From the NCBI GenBank assembly GCA_001825315.1, contig MHVR01000005.1, forward strand, positions 5,761 through 46,179: 40,419 bases of DNA, in the 5' to 3' direction. The position numbers and the translations under genes are program-made. Below are positions 1 through 9,393 of this stretch, in pieces. The notes beneath the pieces are model-generated. The model did not search any database. It had not been told where the DNA came from and saw only the letters and a list, made by a program, of their open reading frames with translations. The stretch comes from Candidatus Zambryskibacteria bacterium RIFCSPHIGHO2_02_FULL_43_14. Its GTDB lineage: Bacteria; Patescibacteriota; Minisyncoccia; Phycocordibacterales; Zambryskibacteraceae. Position 1 is the stretch's first letter. Each line of letters starts with the position of its first letter.

Positions 1-125
1 CCGCTACACGCGCTTGTGCGAATCGTGCATGAAAGCGTGCCAGCATATGCAACTTTCAATAACCCCACTCCCGCTAAAAAAGCGACGATAAATACAAAAA
101 TAAGCAGAAACACTTTTTTTAACAT
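1..125 (-). CDS. Secreted protein, 5' part only (runs off the left edge)
   Basis: Manual translation from ATG at 125 gives MLKKVFLLIFVFIVAFLAGVGLLKVAYA|GTLSCTIRTSACS, a Sec signal peptide with an AxA cleavage site; frame is open to the edge; not in the ORF track. Confidence 0.7.
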   Translation of the reverse strand, partial: MLKKVFLLIFVFIVAFLAGVGLLKVAYAGTLSCTIRTSACS

Positions 126-159
126 AAAGCTTGTCTGTTACAAAACTTAAAAACTTTAA

Positions 160-1329
160 TTACCACACTGTAATTTTACATTGCCCATCTCCACCCTTGC
201 CCGAGTTGGCCGCTTCCGATCCACCACCTCCGCCACCGGGCTGCGTTCCTCCTGTAGCCGGAGTTGTGGCTGTATTACCAGCGCCACCAGCTCCTCCGAA
301 TACAGAAGTTCCTCCAACACCTTCCGGAGCTCCAGCGCCATCTCCCCCCCCGCCACCCCCGCCGCCATACAAAGAGTTACCGCCGCTATATGCAGTCCCG
401 TTATCTTGTCCGCCGCCTCCACCGCCTCCGCCCCAAGTTCCCCAACCACCATTTCCAGCGTTATCTCCTCCTCCGCCGCCGCACATATCCCCAAATAATT
501 TCTCCGCAACTCCTGCCGCAGCAGTACCGCATCCTATACCACCCACTCCACCCGTTGCTCCATCCCCTGTACCAGTACCTCCTGCGCCCCAAACTCCTCC
601 TCCCCCACCTCCGCCACCATCAGCAGCCGTAGCTCCTTCACCACCGCCGCCGCCGTAAATAGTGAATACATCAAAGGTTGTGTTTCCACCTACGCCACCG
701 TCAGTTTCATCCGCGGTTACCGCCGCGCCACCTTCGCCAACATTGCATGTTTCTGTGCCAGCAAGGGATGACAAAGGAACCACAACTTGAAGATAACCGC
801 CGCCTCCGCCTCCGCCGCCAGCATCCGCGTTTCCACCACGACCACCAGCCCCGCCACCACCCCATAATTCAATGAGGGCGACCGTGCCTGCGCTTGGCTT
901 GGTCCAGTCATTATCTGAAGTAATGGTTTGAATATTGACAGCGGCGGATGGCGCGGTCCATGTCCCATCTCCTCGCCAAAAAGTTGAAGCACCGGCGCCG
1001 GTGCCGCTATTTAAGTTTGTCACCGGAAGGTTGCCGGTCACACCGTTTGAAAGATCAACCTGCGCCCACGCGGGATTGTTGCTTGCGCCGGTGTTGGAGA
1101 GATAACGGGTAGCACTCTCATTTTTGGCAAGAGCCGAGAGGCTGTCGGTCGCATCGCCATAAAGAATATCGCCTTGGGCCACACCTCCGCCGATTGCTGA
1201 AAAGTCATGGCCCGGATCGGGAGTATCGGCAAGCGCGATGCCTATTATGGAAAGTGATATGGCAATAAGCCAAAAGATGCTCAAAACTTTATTGAGTGTC
1301 GGTTTTATTTTTTCAAGAATATTTTGCAT
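160..1329 (-). CDS. Secreted glycine-rich surface/fibre-like protein
   Basis: Signal peptide ending ALA|DTPDPGH; fibre-like segment [28 protein letters not shown]; long Gly-rich C-terminal domain from [10 protein letters not shown] to [11 protein letters not shown]. Confidence 0.8.
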   Translation of the reverse strand: MQNILEKIKPTLNKVLSIFWLIAISLSIIGIALADTPDPGHDFSAIGGGVAQGDILYGDATDSLSALAKNESATRYLSNTGASNNPAWAQVDLSNGVTGNLPVTNLNSGTGAGASTFWRGDGTWTAPSAAVNIQTITSDNDWTKPSAGTVALIELWGGGGAGGRGGNADAGGGGGGGGYLQVVVPLSSLAGTETCNVGEGGAAVTADETDGGVGGNTTFDVFTIYGGGGGEGATAADGGGGGGGGVWGAGGTGTGDGATGGVGGIGCGTAAAGVAEKLFGDMCGGGGGDNAGNGGWGTWGGGGGGGGQDNGTAYSGGNSLYGGGGGGGGDGAGAPEGVGGTSVFGGAGGAGNTATTPATGGTQPGGGGGGSEAANSGKGGDGQCKITVW

Positions 1330-1477
1330 ATTTTTAAAGTAAAGATTGATTAATTTTATGCGACCAAACTTTTATTTACTTATATTAAAATTATAGCAGG
1401 TTTTTCTGGTGCAATGATAGGCAAATCCTACTTTCACCCCATTTTGTTTTTCCATACTGTATCTTTTTCTACAAAAC

Positions 1478-1553
1478 TGGAGCCACCTGTCAGATTCGAA
1501 CTGACGACATCCACTTTACAAAAGTGGCGCTCTACCAACTGAGCTAAGGTGGC
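1478..1553 (-). tRNA. tRNA-Thr(TGT)
   Basis: Reverse complement GCCACCTTAGCTCAGTTGGTAGAGC-GCCACT-TT-TGT-AA-AGTGG...GTTCGAATC...GGTGGCTCCA; cloverleaf with encoded CCA. Confidence 0.97.
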
Positions 1554-1562
1554 TTTACTGCT

Positions 1563-2015
1563 CTACTTTACCTCTTCCTCGCTGTTTTGAGAACCCAGCC
1601 CGACAGAGTCGTTCTGGCGGGCGTCTTCATAGACGTCGTTTATTTCCCCGTTCCCCTTCTCTATGTCGGACATATTTTTGAAAAATTCTGATATGCCGTC
1701 TGGTTTTTTTAATAATCTTGAGTCTCGCATTTCGTTAATATACCGCTCTCGTTTTTCTCTAAGAAAAGAAAACAACTTGTTCAAGGAATTTCTTGAATGC
1801 AAAGGGATGCGTCTCTTGAGGAGTAGTAAAGTTTTTTCCTTACCCTCGGAATAAAAGTGGACCATTCTGAGATAGAGTCCTCGAATATGAGTATCGCCTT
1901 TTGAGATGACATTTGAAATGAAGAATGGCTTTCGACGTTTCTCTTCCACCTTCTTGGCAATAAGCAAGAGTATCATCGCCAGACCGGAAATATTGAAAAT
2001 AATGACGGACATCAT
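1563..2015 (-). CDS. Hypothetical protein with N-terminal membrane anchor
   Basis: 150-aa ORF co-oriented with tsf; hydrophobic N-terminus followed by a basic helical region. Confidence 0.7.
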   Translation of the reverse strand: MMSVIIFNISGLAMILLLIAKKVEEKRRKPFFISNVISKGDTHIRGLYLRMVHFYSEGKEKTLLLLKRRIPLHSRNSLNKLFSFLREKRERYINEMRDSRLLKKPDGISEFFKNMSDIEKGNGEINDVYEDARQNDSVGLGSQNSEEEVK

Positions 2016-2032
2016 ATCGCAATAATTTTGCG

Positions 2033-2485
2033 TTAATTGATAGAGAAGCGAACGAAGTGCCCCACTTCGGTGCGCTCACCGAATTTTTGCACTGTGTTGT
2101 TAATGAGATCGCTAATTTTCTTCTCGGTATCTTTAATGAAAGGTTGTTCAAGTAGTGTAGTCGTGTCGGCGGGAGACATCGCGGCAATGTGCATGGCTAT
2201 ATCGCGAGCAATAGATTTAAATTCTGGATTTTTGGCTACAAAGTCAGTCTCACAGAGAAGTTCAAGCATTACTCCAATCGTTTCACCGGCATGAATATAT
2301 GATACCACCACACCCGCAGCCAGACTGCGAACCCCTTTCTTCTTGGCGATCTCGGCACCTTTCTCTTTGAGAAGGACGATAGCCTTATTTTTGTCCCCGC
2401 CCGCCTCTTCCAACGCGGTCTTACACTGCATGATAGATAGGCCAGTTTCTTCGCGCAGAGCTTTAATTTCTTCCATGGTGATCAT
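2033..2485 (-). CDS. tsf: Elongation factor Ts (short form)
   Basis: IKALREETGLSIMQCKTAL UBA-like domain; ELLCETDFVAKN motif; directly downstream of rpsB. Confidence 0.97.
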   Translation of the reverse strand: MITMEEIKALREETGLSIMQCKTALEEAGGDKNKAIVLLKEKGAEIAKKKGVRSLAAGVVVSYIHAGETIGVMLELLCETDFVAKNPEFKSIARDIAMHIAAMSPADTTTLLEQPFIKDTEKKISDLINNTVQKFGERTEVGHFVRFSIN

Positions 2486-2494
2486 TTTTGAGAA

Positions 2495-3220
2495 TTATTG
2501 TTCTATTTTTTGTGTTTCTTTCCCCTTCTTGTATGCAGTAACTAGTTCCTTAAGGATGAAAGCAATGCTTTGTCTCGAAGAGTCGTTACCCGGGATGGCA
2601 TAATTAAGCTCGTAGAGATTGGTATCAGAACCGGCAAGGGCCACTACAGGAATGCCAATCTTTCTCGCCTCGGCGACGGCTATATATTCTTTCTTTGGGT
2701 CAATGATTACCAGAAACTTCGGTAAAGCTTTTAAACGGGAGAGTCCTCCGAAATAGATAGAAAGTTTTTCAATTTCGCGATCAAAAAGTAGACGCTCTTT
2801 TTTAGTATATTTGCTAAGCTCGCCCTTTTCTTTTTGCAGAGTTAAGTCTTCTAGCCGAATAATACGTTTCTTGATCTCCGAAAAGTTTGAAAGAGTTCCC
2901 CCAATCCACCGGCCGGCAACATATGGCATCTCAAGTTCACGGCCCGCCTTCATGATAGCTTCTCTAGCCTCACTTTTGCCCCCGACCCAAAGACCCATTA
3001 CTCCTTCCTTTCCCTTCCCTTCCACAAAAGCAAGAGCTTTTTCCAACTCTTTGCTTGTTTTCTCAAGATTGAAAATTTCAATATTATTCTTAGAACCAAA
3101 GATGAATGGTTTGGCCGAAGGATGCCTGCGAGATTTCACAAAACCGAAATGGGCTCCGACAGAAAAAAGAGCGTCAAAGGCGCCCTTCCCGACGACTGAA
3201 GCTTTATTTGTTTTTTCCAT
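2495..3220 (-). CDS. rpsB: 30S ribosomal protein S2
   Basis: GAHFG, RWIGGTLSNF and IPGNDSS motifs. Confidence 0.98.
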   Translation of the reverse strand: MEKTNKASVVGKGAFDALFSVGAHFGFVKSRRHPSAKPFIFGSKNNIEIFNLEKTSKELEKALAFVEGKGKEGVMGLWVGGKSEAREAIMKAGRELEMPYVAGRWIGGTLSNFSEIKKRIIRLEDLTLQKEKGELSKYTKKERLLFDREIEKLSIYFGGLSRLKALPKFLVIIDPKKEYIAVAEARKIGIPVVALAGSDTNLYELNYAIPGNDSSRQSIAFILKELVTAYKKGKETQKIEQ

Positions 3221-3252
3221 ATAGGGTATAAAGTCTAACAGAAAAGCCGGTT

Positions 3253-4044
3253 TTATACAATAGATTCTCCATATTCTTTCATAGTCCCTATTATCGGTTC
3301 AATTTCTCCCTTTAAAATTCTCTCGATATTATGCCAAGATTTCTTAATGCGGTGGTCGGTTATTCGGTCTTGGAGAATGTTATAGGTGCGGATTTTCTCC
3401 GAACGATCGGCAGTGCCAATCTGGATTTTGCGATTGAGAGATTGTTTGGTCGATTCCTCTTCATTTTTCTTGGCTTCAAGTTTTGCGATGAGAATACTCA
3501 TGGCTTTCTCACGGTTCTTTAACTGGCTTCTTTCCGCTGTCGAGCGTACATCAATACCGGTTGGTTTGTGGATAATTCTTACCGCCGTTTCTACTTTATT
3601 GACATTCTGCCCACCAGCGCCTCCTGAACGGGAAAATTCTATCTCAAGATCCCCCGGCTTTATCTCTATACTAGTTTTCTTGCGAATCGGCAAAATTGCC
3701 ACTGATGCCGTGGAAGTATGCACCCGACCCATTTTTTCTGTTTCCGGTATTCGTTGGATACGATGAACTCCCGTCTCAAAACGTAATTTTTCATAAACTC
3801 CTTGCCCCTTAATTTCTACGGCCGCTTCCTTGTATCCGCCAAGAGCGCTTTCAGATATGTAAAGCACTTTTGCACCCCAATTTTTAAGCCCGGCATAGAG
3901 GATATACATGTTAGCCAATTCTTTGGCAAAGAGCGCCGCCTCCTCTCCCCCGGCGCCAGCACGCACCTCAAGAATTATCTCATTGGGAAATTCTTCTGTT
4001 TCCGCATTCTCTTGACTTTTTTTCCACTCTTGCCAATCCATCAT
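3253..4044 (-). CDS. prfA: Peptide chain release factor 1, N-terminally shortened
   Basis: [16 protein letters not shown]; [12 protein letters not shown] (PxT = RF1 specificity motif); [11 protein letters not shown]; RTYN; only 263 aa. Confidence 0.92.
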   Translation of the reverse strand: MMDWQEWKKSQENAETEEFPNEIILEVRAGAGGEEAALFAKELANMYILYAGLKNWGAKVLYISESALGGYKEAAVEIKGQGVYEKLRFETGVHRIQRIPETEKMGRVHTSTASVAILPIRKKTSIEIKPGDLEIEFSRSGGAGGQNVNKVETAVRIIHKPTGIDVRSTAERSQLKNREKAMSILIAKLEAKKNEEESTKQSLNRKIQIGTADRSEKIRTYNILQDRITDHRIKKSWHNIERILKGEIEPIIGTMKEYGESIV

Positions 4045-4298
4045 TTCTTAGCCTTAGCCCGTTTTTGTTTAAAGCGTTCAACCCTGCCAGCAGTATCCAA
4101 GGTACGAACCTCGCCGGTATAAAAAGGATGTGTCGCGGAAGAAATTTCAACCCGAAACACGGGATATTCTTTCTTGTCCACTTTAGCTTTGGCAGTCTCT
4201 TTGGTCACCACTGTGGAGGGAATAATAAATTCCGTGCCGTCAGAGTTATCGATAAAAAGCACTGGTCTGTAAACGCTCGGATGAATCCCTTTTTTCAT
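4041..4298 (-). CDS. rpmE: 50S ribosomal protein L31 type B (no Zn-binding Cys)
   Basis: [19 protein letters not shown] and DTAGRVERF motifs. Confidence 0.96.
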   Translation of the reverse strand: MKKGIHPSVYRPVLFIDNSDGTEFIIPSTVVTKETAKAKVDKKEYPVFRVEISSATHPFYTGEVRTLDTAGRVERFKQKRAKAKK

Positions 4299-4321
4299 TT
4301 GGACCTTATTCTATCAGAAAA

Positions 4322-5770
4322 TTAGAGGTCTTGCAAGAAATCGATATCTTGTTGGATGGTCGCAGCATTTGCCATTACGATGTTACCATAACCCAGTCCC
4401 GGTCCCGCCCTGCCATTTACATAACAAGTTCTTCCAGAATTATACTTACAAGCAGCGGTGCGTTCGTTGGTCCAGTCTTGGGTATTGGCCCCTAAGTCTC
4501 GCAAATATAATGCGGATGCCATAAAGGCGTCAGCAGGGTCCCATGGATTTGATATAGACTTGCCAGTGGCTTGATTGATAGCAGACTCCATACCTTTCCA
4601 GGTAGAGGCAATAAATTGCGCCGGTCCCATTCCGCCTCCATAGCCGCCAGATTGAGGACATGAGACTGGCTGCGCATATGAGTCGAGACCAAGCTTTTTT
4701 GTGATTTCAATGAATGGGTCAACATCTCTGTTGCCTTTCATTACTTGAGATAAATAAGTGCCTGTATTTCTGCCTTTCCCATCCCCTTTGTTGGGCGTAT
4801 TAGTCAAGAGACATTGTCCAATATTTCTGCCAAAAGTGCCATCACTACCCTTCCCAGATTCTGTGGCAAAGATACCCAATATAAAAGCCGCTCTCACGCC
4901 AGTTCTAGCGCTGGCATTTTCCGCGTATCGTAAAGCATCGCCGAACTCGATGGGCCCAGCATCACGAAGAGGAAAGAGTGTCGACCGAATCTTGGCCGCC
5001 TTAGCCTGTCTATCAGCCAGCACTTGTTCGTAAGTTTTTTCTTTGGTCTTATTTATAGCCAAAAGAGTTTTTTTCTCCGCTTGGTCCACCTCAACTTCTT
5101 TCTTAGCCTTCTCCATAGCAGCGCGAGCAGCCGCTTCGGCTTCCCGCTTCTTATCTAAAGTCGCTTTTTCCGATTCCGTTAGAGTTCTGATTGTGCGTAA
5201 TTCGGCAAATAGACTGGCAAGGGCCCGTTCGGTTGAGGCGTAAGTATCGATATCCACAAAGAATTCAGAAAGATTCTTATCAGAGAGCATCGCTTCAACC
5301 AAGGAATAAGAATTAATATCGTTTGTTTTGCGCAGAATATCGGCCACCGCTTTCTTGTTGTTCATGAGGCGAGTGTTCAATACGGAAATTTCTGATTGTT
5401 TGGTTGCAATATCTTTTGTCAAATTGGTAATGGCAATATTTTTACCTTTGATTTTGGCTTGAGCAGCGTTAATCTTGGCTGTTAGTGCCGTAATATCTCT
5501 GGTAAATGAAGCGCTGTCGTTTTTGGTCTCATTGAGAGTTTTGGTCCATTGCTCGATCTCTTTGTTGCAAGCTTCAAGTTCCGCTTCAAGTTGATCTCGA
5601 TTCTTGCCTGTAATTTGATCGGTACAGATACTCTGTGCCAAACTATGGTTTGGTACAATCAAAAAGCCCAGAATGAACGATAGGGCATAAATTGTTTCAG
5701 ATAGATTAAACTGGAGGTGTCTCTTTTTTCGCTTCACTTTCTTTAGTTTCAATAGTTTCTTCTTCCTCAA
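4322..5770 (-). CDS. Coiled-coil (PcsB/CwlO-like) lytic transglycosylase, secreted
   Basis: Signal peptide, long coiled coil, C-terminal SLT/MltB-like motifs (FATES, GGMGPAQF..STW, NPWDPADAFMASALYL); start uncertain because it overlaps the rplY 3' end. Confidence 0.85.
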   Translation of the reverse strand: MRKKKLLKLKKVKRKKRHLQFNLSETIYALSFILGFLIVPNHSLAQSICTDQITGKNRDQLEAELEACNKEIEQWTKTLNETKNDSASFTRDITALTAKINAAQAKIKGKNIAITNLTKDIATKQSEISVLNTRLMNNKKAVADILRKTNDINSYSLVEAMLSDKNLSEFFVDIDTYASTERALASLFAELRTIRTLTESEKATLDKKREAEAAARAAMEKAKKEVEVDQAEKKTLLAINKTKEKTYEQVLADRQAKAAKIRSTLFPLRDAGPIEFGDALRYAENASARTGVRAAFILGIFATESGKGSDGTFGRNIGQCLLTNTPNKGDGKGRNTGTYLSQVMKGNRDVDPFIEITKKLGLDSYAQPVSCPQSGGYGGGMGPAQFIASTWKGMESAINQATGKSISNPWDPADAFMASALYLRDLGANTQDWTNERTAACKYNSGRTCYVNGRAGPGLGYGNIVMANAATIQQDIDFLQDL

Positions 5771-6383
5771 CTTTACCTTTTTTCATCACTTCTATTTCTG
5801 ACAAGTCTACTGGGGCTGTCACTTCCTCTTCTTTCTCTTCACGTGGAGCACTAATTAGAGCGACTACTTCTTCTGGATTTTCTTTAAGCTCTACACCTGT
5901 CGGTAAAGCAATATCTTGAGCGATAATTTGATCGCCGAAATTCACTAAAGTGCTAATGTCTAATTCAATGCTATGCGGTAAATCTTTCGGCATCGCTTCC
6001 ACCTTCAATTTGTGGAGCACTTTCATCAGTATACCTCCTAGGTCTTTTATTGCCGGAGAGACCCCGGTGAACTCAATAGGCAGTTCCACTTCCACTTTAT
6101 GGCCTTTCTCGAAAACGTAAAAATCTGCATGGCGAAGGTTGCCTGATACAGGATCTAGGTCTACATCTTGAATCAAACTTTCTTTGCTTCCGGTCGGTGT
6201 TTCTAGATTGACTACGCTAGATTCTCCCGCTTCTTCCCAGACTTTTAAAAAATCAACTTTAGGTATGGAGATAAGCGTGGATGCTTCCTTTTTACCATAA
6301 AAGACTGCGGGAATTTTTCCCGCTTTTCTGACCGCTTTCGCTTTGGTCTGTTTATCCCGTATTTCTACCTTTAAGGTAAGCAT
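5706..6383 (-). CDS. rplY: 50S ribosomal protein L25/Ctc
   Basis: GKIPAVFYG and LRHADFY motifs; C-terminal beta domain with acidic tail. Confidence 0.96.
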   Translation of the reverse strand: MLTLKVEIRDKQTKAKAVRKAGKIPAVFYGKKEASTLISIPKVDFLKVWEEAGESSVVNLETPTGSKESLIQDVDLDPVSGNLRHADFYVFEKGHKVEVELPIEFTGVSPAIKDLGGILMKVLHKLKVEAMPKDLPHSIELDISTLVNFGDQIIAQDIALPTGVELKENPEEVVALISAPREEKEEEVTAPVDLSEIEVMKKGKVEEEETIETKESEAKKETPPV

Positions 6384-6414
6384 ACGCCCATTTTATTCTT
6401 TTTAGCGTACAAAA

Positions 6415-6801
6415 TCAACTAGTATTATTTGTCGGATATCTGGTGCCGCGCTTGATGAAATTAGTCTCTATATCTTTTAAAGCAAACTTATCTTTAAAAA
6501 AATTAACAATAAAATCAGTATCCATGTTATTTCTACAGGTATAGACATCTGCCGTTACAAAACCTCTTTTAGGAAAAGTATGCACGCTAATATGGCTTTC
6601 TGCTATAACCACGACGCCAGTCCAACCACCTGGATCTTTTATTTCATTATCTTCAGCGTGGAATATCATGGGTTCGGAGAGTTGTCTCATACCTAAAAGA
6701 TTTGGTAACTCATTGAGACAAGACAATACCAAGTTTTTATTATCAAGCAGTTCTTCTTTCCCGCCATATCCATCAATCGTTAAATGTTCACCAAAGTTCA
6801 T
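6415..6801 (-). CDS. speD: Pyruvoyl-dependent S-adenosylmethionine decarboxylase family proenzyme
   Basis: GEHLTID; IAE|SHISVHTFP autocleavage motif; DVYTC. Confidence 0.88.
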   Translation of the reverse strand: MNFGEHLTIDGYGGKEELLDNKNLVLSCLNELPNLLGMRQLSEPMIFHAEDNEIKDPGGWTGVVVIAESHISVHTFPKRGFVTADVYTCRNNMDTDFIVNFFKDKFALKDIETNFIKRGTRYPTNNTS

Positions 6802-6873
6802 ATAAAATATTATACACAGAAAAATATTTTTTGGAGATAATTATTGGTCAAAATCTTAAAAGTGTGGATAAGA

Positions 6874-8517
6874 TTATTCGCGAGCAATATGAGATTCCAA
6901 GTACTCGAGGGTGCCGTTAACCTTTTTGCCGGGATTGAAAATATTTTGCGGATCGAAGATGTCTTTAGTTTTTTTAAAAAGCGCTAACACAGCAGGGCTA
7001 TACATTTTGCTCAAGTAAGGAGTGCGGATAATGCCATCGTTGTGCTCGCCAGTAATTGAGCCTTTGAATTCCCTTACCAGATCATAGAATTTATCTGAAA
7101 CAGCTAAAATCTTAGCCCGTTCACTTTTCTTCATCAGGTTCATGAGTGGAATGATGTGAAAATTGCCATTACCGGCGTGACCGGCGATGTTTGCTTCTAT
7201 GCCATGGTCTTTCAATATCTTAAGCGCTTTTGGCAGAAACTCCGGCATTCTCTCGGGCTTGATGCAGAAATCATCTACGAAGGGCGCGGTTCTCTTATTA
7301 TTGACGTGTTCGCGGAGTAGATTGAACGATTCCCTTCTCATAACCCAAAACTTGTTTTCTTCGGAATCTTTCTCTATCACTCTATGCCAGATATTAAATG
7401 ATTTTATTGCTTCAACAATTTTTCGAATTTTACTCTTTACTTCTTCTTCAGTCTCTTCGGCAATCTCAACAAGTACGACCAATTTAGGCAGACCGAGCAT
7501 CCTTGCTCCTATCAACATCTCTGGGATAAATTTTACGGCGAATGAAAGTAAACTATTGCCGGCTCTCTTGGCAATTTCCGGCATGAAGCGCAATCCCAAT
7601 TTAATGGTTTCTTCGTCAAATGTCTCTAAACTCTCCGGTTCATAGGGCAATACAGCCTTGACTACTTCCGGTAGTTCGTTCCACGATTTGAAAAATAGCG
7701 CCACCATATCGTGGTGTTGTTTTTCTGGAACCAGTTGAATTTTAGCTTCAGTCACAATACCCAGAGTGCCTTGAGAACCGACGAGTAATTTATTGAGATC
7801 AAAAATTTCTTCCCCCGTGTGCAAAGCTCGACTTTGCACATTCCAAAGATAATATCCTGCAGAGTTTTTCGAAACATCAGGTAGCGCCTCTTCTATTATC
7901 TCTTTATGTTCTTCTATTAAATTAAATAAATTTTTGTATAGATTACCTTCAAAATCTCCTTGCGCCATCTTCGCCTCCAACTCGACTTTACTAAGTGGTT
8001 TGACTACGTACTCATTGCCGTCAGAAAAAATTACCTTCATTTCCAAGACAAACTTTTCCATTTTACCGTAACGCAAAGTCTTCTCTCCCGCGCAATTATT
8101 GGCAATCATACCCCCTAGAGCGCATAAATTCTTAGAGGCCGGAAAACAAGGAAGAATGAGACCTTTGACAAGTGTTTGCTTTTCGAAGTCTCGATAGTAT
8201 GCGCCCGGTTGCACTACGATATTTACCCCGTGGGACTCACCTATATGGTTCATATGTTTGGTTACATCAGCGATAATAGATTCATTGAGTGGTCCGCCGG
8301 TCATATCGGAGCCAGCAGCTCTCATAGTTAACGAGTGACTAGGATTTTCTCTAATCCATGTAACCAACGCTTTCAGATCTTCGGCATCTTTCGGGAACAC
8401 TACAAGTTCCGGCCTGACTTCAAAGAGACTTGCATCTCGCGAATATGTCCTAAGCGTTACCTCATCGTCTGCCACCTCTCCCTTAAAAAATTTCTTGATT
8501 TCCTCTGCTAGTCTCAT
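6874..8517 (-). CDS. FAD-binding oxidoreductase (GlcD/D-lactate dehydrogenase family)
   Basis: YSRDASL, GGMIANN, GSQGTLG, GHAGNGNFH, GSITGEHNDG and FDPQNIFNPGK motifs. Confidence 0.92.
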   Translation of the reverse strand: MRLAEEIKKFFKGEVADDEVTLRTYSRDASLFEVRPELVVFPKDAEDLKALVTWIRENPSHSLTMRAAGSDMTGGPLNESIIADVTKHMNHIGESHGVNIVVQPGAYYRDFEKQTLVKGLILPCFPASKNLCALGGMIANNCAGEKTLRYGKMEKFVLEMKVIFSDGNEYVVKPLSKVELEAKMAQGDFEGNLYKNLFNLIEEHKEIIEEALPDVSKNSAGYYLWNVQSRALHTGEEIFDLNKLLVGSQGTLGIVTEAKIQLVPEKQHHDMVALFFKSWNELPEVVKAVLPYEPESLETFDEETIKLGLRFMPEIAKRAGNSLLSFAVKFIPEMLIGARMLGLPKLVVLVEIAEETEEEVKSKIRKIVEAIKSFNIWHRVIEKDSEENKFWVMRRESFNLLREHVNNKRTAPFVDDFCIKPERMPEFLPKALKILKDHGIEANIAGHAGNGNFHIIPLMNLMKKSERAKILAVSDKFYDLVREFKGSITGEHNDGIIRTPYLSKMYSPAVLALFKKTKDIFDPQNIFNPGKKVNGTLEYLESHIARE

Positions 8518-9362
8518 AATTTATTAAAAAGTTTGAGTTTGGCGGTGACAATTTTTTTCATTTCCGCCACTCCTTCCGCCATAAATTTATAAGGCGCCAA
8601 TTCGTCTGAACTTAACCCTTTCTCTATCCCCTTTTTGTACGCAACTCTAAGTTCGGTATTGATATGCACAATTCGTATACCAGCATTAATTGCTTCCAAC
8701 ACCTCTTCATCGGTGTTGCCGGAGGCGCCGTGAAGAACCATCGGTATTGTTACAACTTTAGCCAAATCTTTTATCCGTTGAATATTTAATTTTGGCTCAC
8801 CCGAGCGGACTAAACCGTGAATATTACCAACCGAAGGCGCGAAAAGATCCACCAATGTCTCGTTTATAAACCTCTTGGCATCTTCCGGCGTAGTTTGGGT
8901 CTTTTCCGATACTCCTTCCGGAATTTCGTCTCTAAACATTGAACCTGATCCGATAAATCCAAGTTCTCCTTCGACTAACATATCCGGATGCTTTGCTCTG
9001 GCATAATTCACTACTTCCTTGGTCATAGTCACATTTTCAAAGAAAGGTTTCTCCGCCCCATCGATAATGACTGAGTCGAAGTGAGCATCAATTGCCTCTT
9101 TCGAAGCTTCAACAGAATATGTATGGTCGGCGTTTAAAAAGATTGGTTCTCCCTGATCCTTTTTCGCCTGCACTAGTACCTTAATTTCCGCTACACCAAG
9201 AAAGCTTCTTTCTTTCTCCGAAACACCAATGATGACCGGCACGGCGAGCTCTTGAGCTGATTCCGTGACCGCCTTAAATCCTTCTGAATCCGAGACATTG
9301 AAGTGCCCTATAGCAACTTGTTTCTCTTCGGCCCATGCGAGGTATTCCCTTAAACTTTTCAT
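8514..9362 (-). CDS. fba: Class II fructose-bisphosphate aldolase
   Basis: LNADH, VEGELG, GNIHG, VLHGASG motifs; start reassigned to MKSLREY at 9362 to avoid overlap with pfkB. Confidence 0.93.
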   Translation of the reverse strand: MKSLREYLAWAEEKQVAIGHFNVSDSEGFKAVTESAQELAVPVIIGVSEKERSFLGVAEIKVLVQAKKDQGEPIFLNADHTYSVEASKEAIDAHFDSVIIDGAEKPFFENVTMTKEVVNYARAKHPDMLVEGELGFIGSGSMFRDEIPEGVSEKTQTTPEDAKRFINETLVDLFAPSVGNIHGLVRSGEPKLNIQRIKDLAKVVTIPMVLHGASGNTDEEVLEAINAGIRIVHINTELRVAYKKGIEKGLSSDELAPYKFMAEGVAEMKKIVTAKLKLFNKL

Positions 9363-9369
9363 TCTTATA

Positions 9370-9387
9370 ATTCTATCATGATATACT
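9370..9387. promoter_or_regulatory. Back-to-back extended -10 promoters for fba and pfkB
   Basis: ATTCTA-TCATGA-TATACT: TGnTAGAAT on - lies 7 nt before the fba ATG; TGnTATACT on + lies 6 nt before the pfkB ATG. Confidence 0.65.
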
Positions 9388-9393
9388 TTCCGT

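Noticed and set aside
131-658. Proline-rich ORF on the + strand
   Set aside because: It is the antisense shadow of the Gly codons of the 160-1329 gene.
3253-4044. prfB with programmed frameshift
   Set aside because: It has PxT (RF1) rather than SPF, and there is no upstream space or CTT-TGA shift site.
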